A stretch of DNA of 64,000 bases from Rhodospirillaceae bacterium. Lineage in GTDB: Bacteria; Pseudomonadota; Alphaproteobacteria; CACIAM-22H2. The stretch spans positions 14,150 through 78,149 of the forward strand of contig JAIXXA010000166.1 of the NCBI GenBank assembly GCA_027490975.1. Direction: 5' to 3'. Every line of letters begins with the position of its first letter. Within the stretch, counting starts at the first letter, position 1. The notes below the pieces were generated by a model that worked only from the letters and a program-made list of their open reading frames with translations, did no database searches and was not told where the DNA came from. This document shows, piece by piece, positions 1 to 8,750 of the stretch. A program made the translations under genes and the position numbers.

Positions 1-443
1 TTCCACGCCTGCGTCGACAGCATGTGGACTTCGTCCACGATGTAGATTTTGTAGCGCGCCGAGACCGGCCGGTAGCGCACCGCTTCGATGAGCTCGCGCA
101 CGTTCTGCACGCCGTTGTTCGACGCCGCGTCGATCTCGATCACGTCGAGATGCTTGTCGTCGGCGATCGCCACGCAATGGTCGCACACGCCGCACGGGTC
201 GATCGTGGGCCCGCCTTTGCCGTCCGCCCCCACGCAGTTCAAGGCGCGCGCCACGATGCGCGCGGTCGTGGTTTTGCCCACGCCGCGCACGCCCGTCAGC
301 ATGAAGGCGTGCGCGATGCGCCCGGTTTCGATCGCGTTGGACAGCGTGCGCACCAGCGCCTCTTGCCCGACAAGGTCGGAGAGCCGCGTGGGCCGGTACT
401 TGCGTGCCAGGACCTGATAGGGGGCGGCTTGCGCGTCGGCCAT
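1..443 (-). CDS. dnaX: DNA polymerase III subunit gamma/tau, N-terminal part (runs off the window)
   Basis: Minus-strand translation MADAQAAPYQVLARKYRP...GVRGVGKTTTARI...DAAS...IVDEVHMLS. Not in the ORF track; lies next to ffs as usual. Confidence 0.96.
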   Translation of the reverse strand, partial: MADAQAAPYQVLARKYRPTRLSDLVGQEALVRTLSNAIETGRIAHAFMLTGVRGVGKTTTARIVARALNCVGADGKGGPTIDPCGVCDHCVAIADDKHLDVIEIDAASNNGVQNVRELIEAVRYRPVSARYKIYIVDEVHMLSTQAW

Positions 444-470
444 CGCTGCTGCTGTCAGGAGGGGAAAGGG

Positions 471-567
471 TGGGAGGCTGGACGTCGACCCGGGCGGAGA
501 CTCGTTACGGCTGCTTCCTTCCGGACCTGACCGGGTTGGCGAGGCGCTCGTCCGCCGCCAACCTCCC
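471..567 (-). ncRNA. ffs: Signal recognition particle RNA (4.5S)
   Basis: Minus strand carries the domain IV motif CCGGTCAGGTCCGGAAGGAAGCAGCCG; ends pair (GGGAGGTTGG/CCAGCCTCCC); upstream of dnaX. Confidence 0.96.
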
Positions 568-571
568 GCTT

Positions 572-603
572 GCTATATAGCCCGCTTGGCCGCCGCCGCC
601 AAG
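572..603 (-). promoter_or_regulatory. Putative sigma70 promoter of ffs
   Basis: Minus strand CTTGGC...GCTATATAGC immediately before the RNA 5' end, typical of alphaproteobacterial promoters. Confidence 0.6.
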
Positions 604-661
604 CCGCTCTTGCCGGCCCACTTGACGGGGCCCGGCAATCGCCCGATGTATGGGGCTGCCC

Positions 662-1561
662 ATGGAAAAACCCAATTTCTACGCGGCCCTCCCGCTCGAC
701 AGACAGGCCGAAAAACGCCGCGATGCGGCCTATTTGGCCGACCGCCTGGCCCACGCAACCGCCTTGGCCGTGCCGGTCTGGCGCACGCGCAGCCTGATCC
801 TCGAAACCGGCCCCGGCTTCCTCGCCCTGCACCAATTGGCGCATCTCGAATTGCCGACGATGTATCTGGGCGAGCTCGATGGGGCACCCTATTTCGCGGT
901 CGATGCGAGCAAGCTCGACGAGCCCGAGCTTGCCGCGCACATCGCCCCGGCCGAGCGCTTTGTCGATCTGCGCGGGATCGGCGCCACCTTGCCGCATGCG
1001 CAAGGCGGGCTCATGGCCTATGCGCGCGGGCTGGCCTGGTGGAACCAGCGCCATCTCTTCTGCGGCGTGTGCGGCGCGCCCACGCGCAGCGAAGCGGCCG
1101 GCCATGTGCGCAGCTGCACGAATGCGGCCTGTGCCACCGACCATTTCCCGCGCAGCGACCCCGCCACGATCATGCTGATCGTATCGGGCGACAAATGCCT
1201 GCTCGGCCGCTCGGCGCGCTTTCCGTTTGCGATGTACTCGACACTCGCCGGTTTCGTCGAGCCAGGCGAAAGCCTCGAAGATTGCGTGCGCCGCGAGACA
1301 TTCGAAGAGTCGGGCGTGCGCGTGGGTGCGGTGCGCTACCATTCCTCGCAGCCCTGGCCGTTCCCGGCCTCGATCATGCTCGGCTTCTACGGCGAAGCCT
1401 TGACGAACGAGCTCGTTATCGACCGCGAAGAGCTTCTCGATGCGATGTGGGTCACGCGCGATTTCCTGCGCCAAGAGCACGATCCCGAAAAGTTCCGCCT
1501 GCCGCGCGCCGATTCGATCGCGCGCCGCCTGATCGAGGATTGGGTCGCCGAAAGGATTTGA
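662..1561 (+). CDS. nudC: NADH pyrophosphatase / NAD-cap decapping Nudix hydrolase
   Basis: Zn ribbon FCGVCG...C...C, FPRSDP, Nudix box GFVEPGESLEDCVRRETFEESG, SQPWPFP signature. Start may be 650. Confidence 0.95.
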   Translation: MEKPNFYAALPLDRQAEKRRDAAYLADRLAHATALAVPVWRTRSLILETGPGFLALHQLAHLELPTMYLGELDGAPYFAVDASKLDEPELAAHIAPAERFVDLRGIGATLPHAQGGLMAYARGLAWWNQRHLFCGVCGAPTRSEAAGHVRSCTNAACATDHFPRSDPATIMLIVSGDKCLLGRSARFPFAMYSTLAGFVEPGESLEDCVRRETFEESGVRVGAVRYHSSQPWPFPASIMLGFYGEALTNELVIDREELLDAMWVTRDFLRQEHDPEKFRLPRADSIARRLIEDWVAERI

Positions 1562-1563
1562 GC

Positions 1564-2793
1564 ATGGCCTCCGACCGCTACGGCAATGCGCTCACGACCG
1601 ACACAACCGCCGCCGCGCATTACGTGGCCGGGGTCGATGCGCTGTTCGCCGCCGACGTGGGTGCGGCAGAAGCGTTCGAAACGGCCGCGGCGCACGATCC
1701 GGACTTCGCTCTCGCCCACGTGGGCCTCGCGCGCACGCACCAGATTTTCGGCAATCGGGCGGCCGCCAAAGCCGCGATCGCGCGTGCCCGCGACTTGGCG
1801 CCGCGTCTTGCGGGCCGCGAGGCCAGCCATGTCGCCGCCATGGGCTTGGTGCTGGACGGGCAAGGCCCGGCCGCCCTTGCCGCGATCCACGCACATCTTC
1901 GCGACTGGCCGCGCGATGCGATGGCGCTCAGCCCTTGCGTGGGCGTGTTCGGCCTCTACGGCTTCAGCGGGGCAAACGACCGGGCGGCCCAATTGCGCCA
2001 ACTGCTCGACGGCCTCGAAAATGCCTACGGCGACGATTGGTGGTTCCTCGCCATGCAGGCTTTTTCGCACGTCGAGACGGGTGCCATCGAGTCCGCGCGC
2101 GCCAAAATCTCGCGCGCCCTCGCCCTCAACCCGCGCGATGCGCATGGCGCGCATATTCAGGCACATGTGCATTACGAAGCTGGCGAAGCGCAAGCGGGCC
2201 TACGCTATCTCGGTGAATTCGTCGCGACGTATCCGCGCGCAGGGCTGTTGCATTGCCATATCCAATGGCACCGCGCCTTGTGGGCGCTGGCCGCGGGCGA
2301 CACGGCAAATGCCTGGGCGCTTTACGAAACGAACATCGCCCCCGGTGCTTTATGGGGGCCGTCGCTCAATGTGTTGACCGACGCCGCCTCGTTCCTGATG
2401 CGCGCGACCCTCAAGGGCGCCACCCCGCCGTCGGGCGCATGGGACAAGGTCCTCGCCTACGGCAAGGCCGAGTTCCCGCGCGCAGGCCTCGCCTTTGTGG
2501 ACCTTCACGTGGCGCTGGCCGCCGCAATGGCCGGCGACGAAGCCGAATGTGCGGCGCGGGGTGCGGGCACACGCGGCCCCGCCCAACCGATGGTCGCCCG
2601 CGCCGCCGAAGGCCTTTCGGCATTCGCCAAACAAGACTGGCCGCGTGCGATCGAAGCCCTCGGTGCGGTGTTGCCCGAACACGAACGCTTCGGCGGCAGC
2701 TTGGCCCAGCGCGACCTCATCGAAGAAATGCTGGCCGCATCCCACGGCCATGCGGGGCGCAGCTACGCGAGCCAGCGTTTGCGGCGCTTGTAG
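1564..2793 (+). CDS. TPR protein, TTC38-like
   Basis: Starts MASDRYG 2 nt after the nudC stop; helical repeats, AHxxAHVHYE, HxxWH and GGSxAQRD motifs of the TTC38 family. Confidence 0.8.
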   Translation: MASDRYGNALTTDTTAAAHYVAGVDALFAADVGAAEAFETAAAHDPDFALAHVGLARTHQIFGNRAAAKAAIARARDLAPRLAGREASHVAAMGLVLDGQGPAALAAIHAHLRDWPRDAMALSPCVGVFGLYGFSGANDRAAQLRQLLDGLENAYGDDWWFLAMQAFSHVETGAIESARAKISRALALNPRDAHGAHIQAHVHYEAGEAQAGLRYLGEFVATYPRAGLLHCHIQWHRALWALAAGDTANAWALYETNIAPGALWGPSLNVLTDAASFLMRATLKGATPPSGAWDKVLAYGKAEFPRAGLAFVDLHVALAAAMAGDEAECAARGAGTRGPAQPMVARAAEGLSAFAKQDWPRAIEALGAVLPEHERFGGSLAQRDLIEEMLAASHGHAGRSYASQRLRRL

Positions 2794-3614
2794 TGCTTGA
2801 TGTCGCGGAAGGATTTGCGGCCCGTGCCTGAGACGCCGAGATAGAACTCTTTGACGTCTTCGTTGCCGCGCAGCGCTTCGGCGGTGCCGTCAAGCACCAC
2901 GCGGCCATTCTCGAGAATGTAGCCGTAATGGGCGTGGCGCAACGCGATCGACGTGTTCTGCTCGGCCAACAGAAAAGACACATTCTGCTCGCGGTTGAGT
3001 TTCACGACGATCTCGAAAATTTCTTCGACGAGCTGCGGGGCCAAGCCCATCGACGGTTCGTCGAGCAGGATCGTCTCGGGCTTCGACATCATGGCGCGGC
3101 CCATCGCGACCATCTGCTGCTCGCCGCCCGACGTGTAGCCCGCCTGGCTTTTGCGCCGCTCTTTCAAACGCGGGAAATAGCCGTAGACCATCTCCATGTC
3201 GGCGGCGATCGCGGCACGGCCGTCGCGGCGCGTGTAGGCCCCCGTGAGCAGGTTTTCTTCGACCGTCAGATGGCCGAAACAATGGCGGCCTTCCATGACC
3301 TGGATCACGCCGCGACGCACGAGCTCGTTGGGCGTGAGCCCGTCGATGCGCTGGCCTTTGTATTCGACGCTGCCCTTGGTTACCTCGCCGCGCTCGGCGC
3401 GCAGCAAATTCGAGATCGACTTGATCGTCGTCGATTTGCCGGCCCCGTTGGCGCCCAGCAAGGCCACGATGCCGCCCTTGGGCACTTCGAGGCTCACGCC
3501 CTTCAGCACCAGGATCACGTGGTCGTAGATCACTTCGATGTTGCGCACGGCCAGCAACGGAGCCGGCGGCGGGTTCTGCAGTTTCTTTTCGAGCAAGGCG
3601 GCGTCGGTTGTCAT
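2763..3614 (-). CDS. Liv-type ABC transporter ATP-binding protein (LivF-like)
   Basis: Walker A GANGAGKST, SGGEQQM, LLDEPSMGLAP, C-terminal YKRRKRWL. Confidence 0.93.
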   Translation of the reverse strand: MTTDAALLEKKLQNPPPAPLLAVRNIEVIYDHVILVLKGVSLEVPKGGIVALLGANGAGKSTTIKSISNLLRAERGEVTKGSVEYKGQRIDGLTPNELVRRGVIQVMEGRHCFGHLTVEENLLTGAYTRRDGRAAIAADMEMVYGYFPRLKERRKSQAGYTSGGEQQMVAMGRAMMSKPETILLDEPSMGLAPQLVEEIFEIVVKLNREQNVSFLLAEQNTSIALRHAHYGYILENGRVVLDGTAEALRGNEDVKEFYLGVSGTGRKSFRDIKHYKRRKRWLA

Positions 3615-3630
3615 TGCATTTGTCCTGCGC

Positions 3631-3663
3631 AAGAAAAAAGGGCGGACCGTTGCCGGCCCGCCC
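3631..3663 (-). terminator. Intrinsic terminator-like hairpin between the substrate-binding gene and the livF-like gene
   Basis: Minus strand GGGCGGGCCG-GCAA-CGGTCCGCCC followed by TTTTTTCTT. Confidence 0.75.
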
Positions 3664-3709
3664 CCCAGTCAAGCCTTAGGCCACTTGAGCGGGCCCTTAG
3701 GATTGGCCC

Positions 3710-5041
3710 TCACGACTGATTGGCGCAATCGCGCGGCGTGATGTTCTTCTCGCGCGCGTACTGCATCGACGAGGCTTCGTAGCCCTGGCGCAGGGCCGCA
3801 CGGTTGGGCTCGATCCAATCCGAGACCCAGTTCCAGGCCTTGCCGTCCCATTGCTGGATGCGGACCACGCCGCCGCCTTCGTGGTCGGCGCACGAGGTGC
3901 GCAGCGGCGGCATGAAACCTTCGAAGCCCATCGCGGCGAGGCGCTGCGGCGACAGGTTCAGGTTTTCGAAGCCCCAGCGCACCTGCTCGCCCGTCATCGG
4001 CTTGTTGCCGTAGCGCTCCTGGGCCGTGCGCACCGCTTCGACCACCATCGCGGCGTTGATGGCACCGCGATTGTAGAGAACCGTGCCGACATGGCGCGCG
4101 TCGCCGGTCCCTTGGCCCGCCTTGATCACGGTCGTCTCGATGTCGCGCATGAATTTGTAGTCTTTGCCCGTGCCGTGGAAGTTCGCGGCCATGTAGCCCT
4201 TGGCCGCGTCGCCGGGCGGCGTCACGTCCTGCTCGGAGCCGGCCCACCACACGCCGATGAACCGGTCGCGCGGGAAGCCCACGGCCGCCGCTTCCTGGAT
4301 GGCCGTCGGGTTCATCACACCCCAGCCCCACATGATCACGTAGTTCGGGCGGATCTGGCGGCCGATGCGCAGCCAGATCGCCTTCTGCTCCACGCCCGGA
4401 TTCGGCACCGGGAATTCCGACAGCTCGAAGCCTTCTTCGCGGGCCAGGCGCTGGATCACCGGCAGCGGTTCCTTGCCGAACGCGCTGTCGTGGTAGATGA
4501 ACGAGATCTTCTTGCCCTTGAGGCTGCCTTTTTCCTTCGACTTCACGAACTGCAGGATCGCGTCCATCTGCGAATGGTAGGTGGCAGGCAGCGTGAACAT
4601 CCACGGGAAAACGCGCCCGTCCGAACCGTCGGAGCGGCCGTAGCCCGAGGTCAGCATCGGGATCTTGTCTTGCGCCGTGCGCTCGATGAGGGCGTAGGTG
4701 ATGCCGGTCGAGAGCGGCACGATGGCGGTGGCCCCCGTCGGGCCCTTGCCCTTCAGGCGCTCGTAGCATTCCACGCCGCGATCGGTGTTGTAGGCGGTCT
4801 CGCATTCTTCGTAGGTGATGCGCACGCCGTTGATGCCGCCGTCGCGCGCGTTGATCATCTTGAAATAGTCGAGGAAGCCGTCGGCGAACGGCGTGCCGTT
4901 GGGCCCGAACGGACCCGTGCGGTACGACAGCGACGGAATGAACTGCTCGTTGGCTTGCGCGTTGGCGGCTGTCGGCAGCGCAAACGGTGCGGCGACAAAA
5001 GCCGCAATCGCAAGCGCAGACCCAATGCGGGCGAAATTCAT
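3710..5041 (-). CDS. ABC transporter substrate-binding protein (Leu/Ile/Val-binding family)
   Basis: Signal peptide MNFARIG...ANA, then YRTGP, INARDGGINGV, ECET and CADHEG motifs. Confidence 0.92.
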   Translation of the reverse strand: MNFARIGSALAIAAFVAAPFALPTAANAQANEQFIPSLSYRTGPFGPNGTPFADGFLDYFKMINARDGGINGVRITYEECETAYNTDRGVECYERLKGKGPTGATAIVPLSTGITYALIERTAQDKIPMLTSGYGRSDGSDGRVFPWMFTLPATYHSQMDAILQFVKSKEKGSLKGKKISFIYHDSAFGKEPLPVIQRLAREEGFELSEFPVPNPGVEQKAIWLRIGRQIRPNYVIMWGWGVMNPTAIQEAAAVGFPRDRFIGVWWAGSEQDVTPPGDAAKGYMAANFHGTGKDYKFMRDIETTVIKAGQGTGDARHVGTVLYNRGAINAAMVVEAVRTAQERYGNKPMTGEQVRWGFENLNLSPQRLAAMGFEGFMPPLRTSCADHEGGGVVRIQQWDGKAWNWVSDWIEPNRAALRQGYEASSMQYAREKNITPRDCANQS

Positions 5042-5178
5042 GGGGCATTCTCCCTGTTGCAGCAATGGCGCCGGAAATTGGACCCGGCAGATCGTTGACC
5101 GACCTTGAGCGCGTACCCTACGCCAGTACGCGGCCCCTTGCCAAACGCTTTTCGCCCGTTTCGGCCAGGCCGCCGCCC

Positions 5179-5676
5179 TCAGGCGGCACGGCCCATGGCA
5201 TGCAACTGGCGCTGGATTTCGAGGTTCGACAAGGTCGCCATCGGCAGATTGGCGAAAATCTGAATGCGCCGCTCGATCTGGCCGTAGATCTGGGCCACCA
5301 GTGCGGCTTTCATTGCGTCGCTGCCTTGGGCGGCCGACGGATCCTCGAAGCCCCAATGCGCCGTCATCGGTTTGCCCGGCCAAACGGGGCAGGCTTCGGC
5401 CGCCGTTTGGTCGCACACGGTGAACACAAAATTCATGACCGGCGCATCCGCTGCGGCGAATTCCGACCAGTCCTTCGATCGGAAATCCTCGATCCTGAAG
5501 TTCATCTTCGCGAGCAACGTGGCGACGAACGGGTTGATCGCACCCGAAGGCTGGCTGCCCGCACTGAAGGCGCGGAAACGCCCGTTGCCGTGCCGATTGA
5601 GCAAAGCCTCGGCCATGATCGAGCGGGCCGAATTGTGCGTGCAGAGAAACAGGACGTTCTTTGGCGCGAGCGACAT
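5179..5676 (-). CDS. arsC: Arsenate reductase, LMW-PTP/thioredoxin-coupled type
   Basis: P-loop FLCTHNSARS, VCD...ACPVWPG resolving cysteines, HWGFEDP. Confidence 0.85.
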   Translation of the reverse strand: MSLAPKNVLFLCTHNSARSIMAEALLNRHGNGRFRAFSAGSQPSGAINPFVATLLAKMNFRIEDFRSKDWSEFAAADAPVMNFVFTVCDQTAAEACPVWPGKPMTAHWGFEDPSAAQGSDAMKAALVAQIYGQIERRIQIFANLPMATLSNLEIQRQLHAMGRAA

Positions 5677-5774
5677 CGGACTCTCCTTGGCAAGATCGAC
5701 GATCCTGCCGGGAGCCTAAGTCGCGTTTGTTTCGGCCCTGTTAAAGGACCGTTTCAAACGCCGGAACGCAGCTG

Positions 5775-6158
5775 TTATTTCAGCGTCGCCAGATACGCGA
5801 TCAGGTTCGCGCGCTCGTCGTCGTTGCGCAGGCCCGCATAGGCCATCGTCGTGCCGGGGACGACTTCGCGCGGGTTCTTGATGTACGGATCGAGCTTGTC
5901 CGGCGTCCAGACGATACCGGACTCGGCGTTCGCCTTCGAATAGCGGAACCCTTCGACCGAGCCCGATTTGCGCCCGACAAGACCGGCCAAGGTGGGGCCG
6001 AGCTTGCGCGGGCCTTCGGCCGTCGGGTTGTGGCAGACCGAACAGGCGCGCTTGAAAACGCCTTCGCCCGCCGCCGCATCGGCCGCTTGCGCCTGCGAAC
6101 CGCCCGCAAGCATCAGGCCTGCGACCGCCACTCCGAATGCTGCAACCAAACGCTTCAT
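5775..6158 (-). CDS. Cytochrome c2-like class I cytochrome, copy A
   Basis: Signal peptide, CSVCH heme motif, GPTL, PGTTM (Met ligand). Confidence 0.93.
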   Translation of the reverse strand: MKRLVAAFGVAVAGLMLAGGSQAQAADAAAGEGVFKRACSVCHNPTAEGPRKLGPTLAGLVGRKSGSVEGFRYSKANAESGIVWTPDKLDPYIKNPREVVPGTTMAYAGLRNDDERANLIAYLATLK

Positions 6159-6195
6159 GTTTCTGTCCTCCACTAAACAACTGTAGAATAAGGCC

Positions 6196-6229
6196 AAAAA
6201 AAGCCGCACGCGCACCGCGCCGGCTTTTT
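6196..6229. terminator. Terminator-like hairpin between the two cytochrome genes
   Basis: AAAAAAAGCCG...CGGCTTTTT inverted repeat with A and T tails. Confidence 0.65.
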
Positions 6230-6236
6230 CGCGCGT

Positions 6237-6620
6237 TTACTTGAGGGTTGCGAGATATGCGATCAGATTGGCGCGATCTGCGTCGTTGCGCAGGCCCGCG
6301 TAGGCCATCGTGGTACCCGGCATGACTTCGCGCGGGTTCTTGAGGTACGGATCGAGGTTTTCGGCCGACCACACGATGTTGGCTTCGCTGTTGGCCTTGG
6401 AATAACGGAAACCTTCGACCGAGCCAGATTTGCGGCCGACGATGCCGGCCAGCGTGGGGCCGAGCTTGCGCGGGCCTTCGGCCGTGGGATTGTGGCAGGT
6501 GGCGCAGACGCGCTTGAACACATTCTCGCCGGCCGCCGCGTCGGCTGCTTGGGCGCCTGCGGGCAGCATCGCCAGCAAACCGACCGCACCAAACATCGCT
6601 GCCATGCTCGTCTTCGACAT
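6237..6620 (-). CDS. Cytochrome c2-like class I cytochrome, copy B
   Basis: Signal peptide, CATCH heme motif, PGTTM; paralog of copy A. Confidence 0.93.
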   Translation of the reverse strand: MSKTSMAAMFGAVGLLAMLPAGAQAADAAAGENVFKRVCATCHNPTAEGPRKLGPTLAGIVGRKSGSVEGFRYSKANSEANIVWSAENLDPYLKNPREVMPGTTMAYAGLRNDADRANLIAYLATLK

Positions 6621-6660
6621 TCTCGCGTCTCCGCCTTTTCTATGCGTTTGAGTTTCCAAG

Positions 6661-6690
6661 ATACTAGGGGGCGTTTGCGACCAATTCAAG
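6661..6690 (-). promoter_or_regulatory. RpoH-like (also sigma70-compatible) promoter of cytochrome copy B
   Basis: Minus strand CTTGAA-N14-CCCCTAGTAT. Confidence 0.6.
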
Positions 6691-6723
6691 GCCGGGAAGG
6701 ACCGGAATTCGGCCCGGAAATCG

Positions 6724-7800
6724 TCAGTGCGGGAAGGGCCACAGCCGCAGTTTTTCCTTGGCGAGCTGCCACAGCCGGGCAAGCCCGTGCGGCTCGACGA
6801 TCAGGAAAAACACGATGAGCCCGCCGAAAATCATGAATTCGAGGTGCGCCAAGGTCGAAGTCGTGACCGGCACGCCCATGGCCTGCGGCACGGCGCTGAG
6901 GAAAATCGGCAGCAGCACGATGAAGGCCGCCCCCAAAAACGCGCCCAGAATCGAGCCGAGCCCGCCGATGATGATCATGAACAGGATCTGGAACGAGCGG
7001 TTGATGTCGAAGGCGAGCGCCTCGACCGAGCTTGTGTAGATGAAGGCCCACAAGGCGCCGGCCACGCCGCAATAGAACGACGACACGGCAAACGCCAAGA
7101 GCTTGGTCTGCAGCGGGCGGATGCCGATGATCTCGGCCGCGATGTCCATGTCGCGGATCGCCATCCATGCGCGCCCGATGCGCCCGCGCACGAGGTTTTT
7201 GGCGACCAGCGCCAGCACGGCCACGAACGCGAGGCAGAACAGATATTTGGCCTCGGCCGTGGCCTCGATGCCGGTCACGTACCAGCCGAACACTTCGCGC
7301 GGCGGGGCCGAAATCACGCCCGAGGGCGAGTAGTTCACGAACCACGGCACCTTCGTGAACAGCCAGATCAAGAAGAACTGCGAGGCGAGCGTTGCGACCG
7401 CAAGATAGAAGCCCTTGATGCGCAGCGACGGCACGCCGAACACCACGCCCACGGCCGCCGCAACGCCGCCCGACAGCAGAAACACGACCACGATGTTGAG
7501 CTCGGGGAATGCGGTCGCGAATTTGTAGGCGGCATAGGCCCCGCACGCCATGAAGCCGCCCGTGCCCAAACTCAGCTGGCCGCAATAGCCGGTGAGGATG
7601 TTGAGCCCGATCGCCGCCACCGAGAAAACCAGAAACGGAATGAAGATGGTGGAGAGGAAATAGTCGCTCGCCAGCAGGGGCACGGCCACAAAGGCGACCG
7701 CGAGCAGGATCGCCATGCCGATGCGGTCCTGCAGGATCGGGAAAATCCCCTGGTCGGCCGAGTAGCTCGTCTTGAATTGGCCTGCTTCGCGGTAGAGCAC
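6724..7800 (-). CDS. Liv-type ABC permease (LivM-like)
   Basis: GLNILTGYCGQLSLG, GFYLAVATLA, multiple transmembrane segments; GTG start. Confidence 0.93.
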   Translation of the reverse strand: MLYREAGQFKTSYSADQGIFPILQDRIGMAILLAVAFVAVPLLASDYFLSTIFIPFLVFSVAAIGLNILTGYCGQLSLGTGGFMACGAYAAYKFATAFPELNIVVVFLLSGGVAAAVGVVFGVPSLRIKGFYLAVATLASQFFLIWLFTKVPWFVNYSPSGVISAPPREVFGWYVTGIEATAEAKYLFCLAFVAVLALVAKNLVRGRIGRAWMAIRDMDIAAEIIGIRPLQTKLLAFAVSSFYCGVAGALWAFIYTSSVEALAFDINRSFQILFMIIIGGLGSILGAFLGAAFIVLLPIFLSAVPQAMGVPVTTSTLAHLEFMIFGGLIVFFLIVEPHGLARLWQLAKEKLRLWPFPH

Positions 7801-7804
7801 GGGA

Positions 7805-8740
7805 TCAAACCCTCTCGATGATGCGTTCGCCGAACAGGCCTTGCGGCCGGAACATCAGGAAGAACAGCGCCAGGATGTAGGCGAACCAGTCTTCGATTCC
7901 GCCGCCGATCTTGGCGGCCCAGAACACTTCGGCGACCTTTTCGCCCACGCCGATGATGAGCCCGCCGATGATCGCGCCCGGAATCGAGGTGAAGCCGCCC
8001 AGGATCAGCACCGGCAGCGCTTTGAGCGCGATCAGCGCCAGCGAGAACTGCACGCCGAGCTTGGAGCCCCACATGATGCCGGCCACCAGCGCCACAATGC
8101 CCGCGACCGACCACACGATGACCCAGATCGTCTGCAAGGGAATGCCGACCGATTGGGCCGCCTGATGGTCGTCGGCGACGGCGCGAAGGGCCCGCCCGAT
8201 GCGCGTCGATTGGAAGAAGAATGCGAGCACGCCCACGAGTGTGCCCGCGACGAGGGCCGCCACAATGTCGAACGTGTTCACGAGCACGCCGCCGATTTCG
8301 AGCGGCTCTTTGGGGATGCCGATATCCAGGCGCTTCACGTCTTCGCCCCAGACCATCTGGAAGAAGCCGTCGATGAAAAACGTGATGCCGATCGTGGCCA
8401 TGAACAGGATGATCGGCGCCTGGTTCACGAGCGGGCGCAGCACGATGCGCTCGATCGCGAAGGCCAGTGCGACCATCACGCCGAGCGTCAAGATCAGCGA
8501 CAGCCATTGCGGCACGCCCAGTTCGTGGAAGCCCACGAACGTAAGGGCCGCGCACAGCACCATCGCCCCTTGCGCGAAATTGAACACGCCCGAGGCCTTG
8601 AAGATCAGCACGAAACCGAGCGCCACAAGGCTGTACATGACGCCGGTCAGAATGCCGCCGACCACGACCTCGACGAAGAAGATCGGGAATTCCCAGATCT
8701 CCTTCAAAGGCCCGAACAGAAAATCGATCATGAAATCCAT
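7805..8740 (-). CDS. Liv-type ABC permease (LivH-like)
   Basis: YSLVALGFVLIFKASGVFNFAQG, GRALRAVA, RPQGLFG. Confidence 0.93.
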   Translation of the reverse strand: MDFMIDFLFGPLKEIWEFPIFFVEVVVGGILTGVMYSLVALGFVLIFKASGVFNFAQGAMVLCAALTFVGFHELGVPQWLSLILTLGVMVALAFAIERIVLRPLVNQAPIILFMATIGITFFIDGFFQMVWGEDVKRLDIGIPKEPLEIGGVLVNTFDIVAALVAGTLVGVLAFFFQSTRIGRALRAVADDHQAAQSVGIPLQTIWVIVWSVAGIVALVAGIMWGSKLGVQFSLALIALKALPVLILGGFTSIPGAIIGGLIIGVGEKVAEVFWAAKIGGGIEDWFAYILALFFLMFRPQGLFGERIIERV

Positions 8741-8750
8741 GGCGGACCTT

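Noticed and set aside
24-530. Plus-strand ORFs at the window start
   Set aside because: Shadows of dnaX and ffs on the minus strand.
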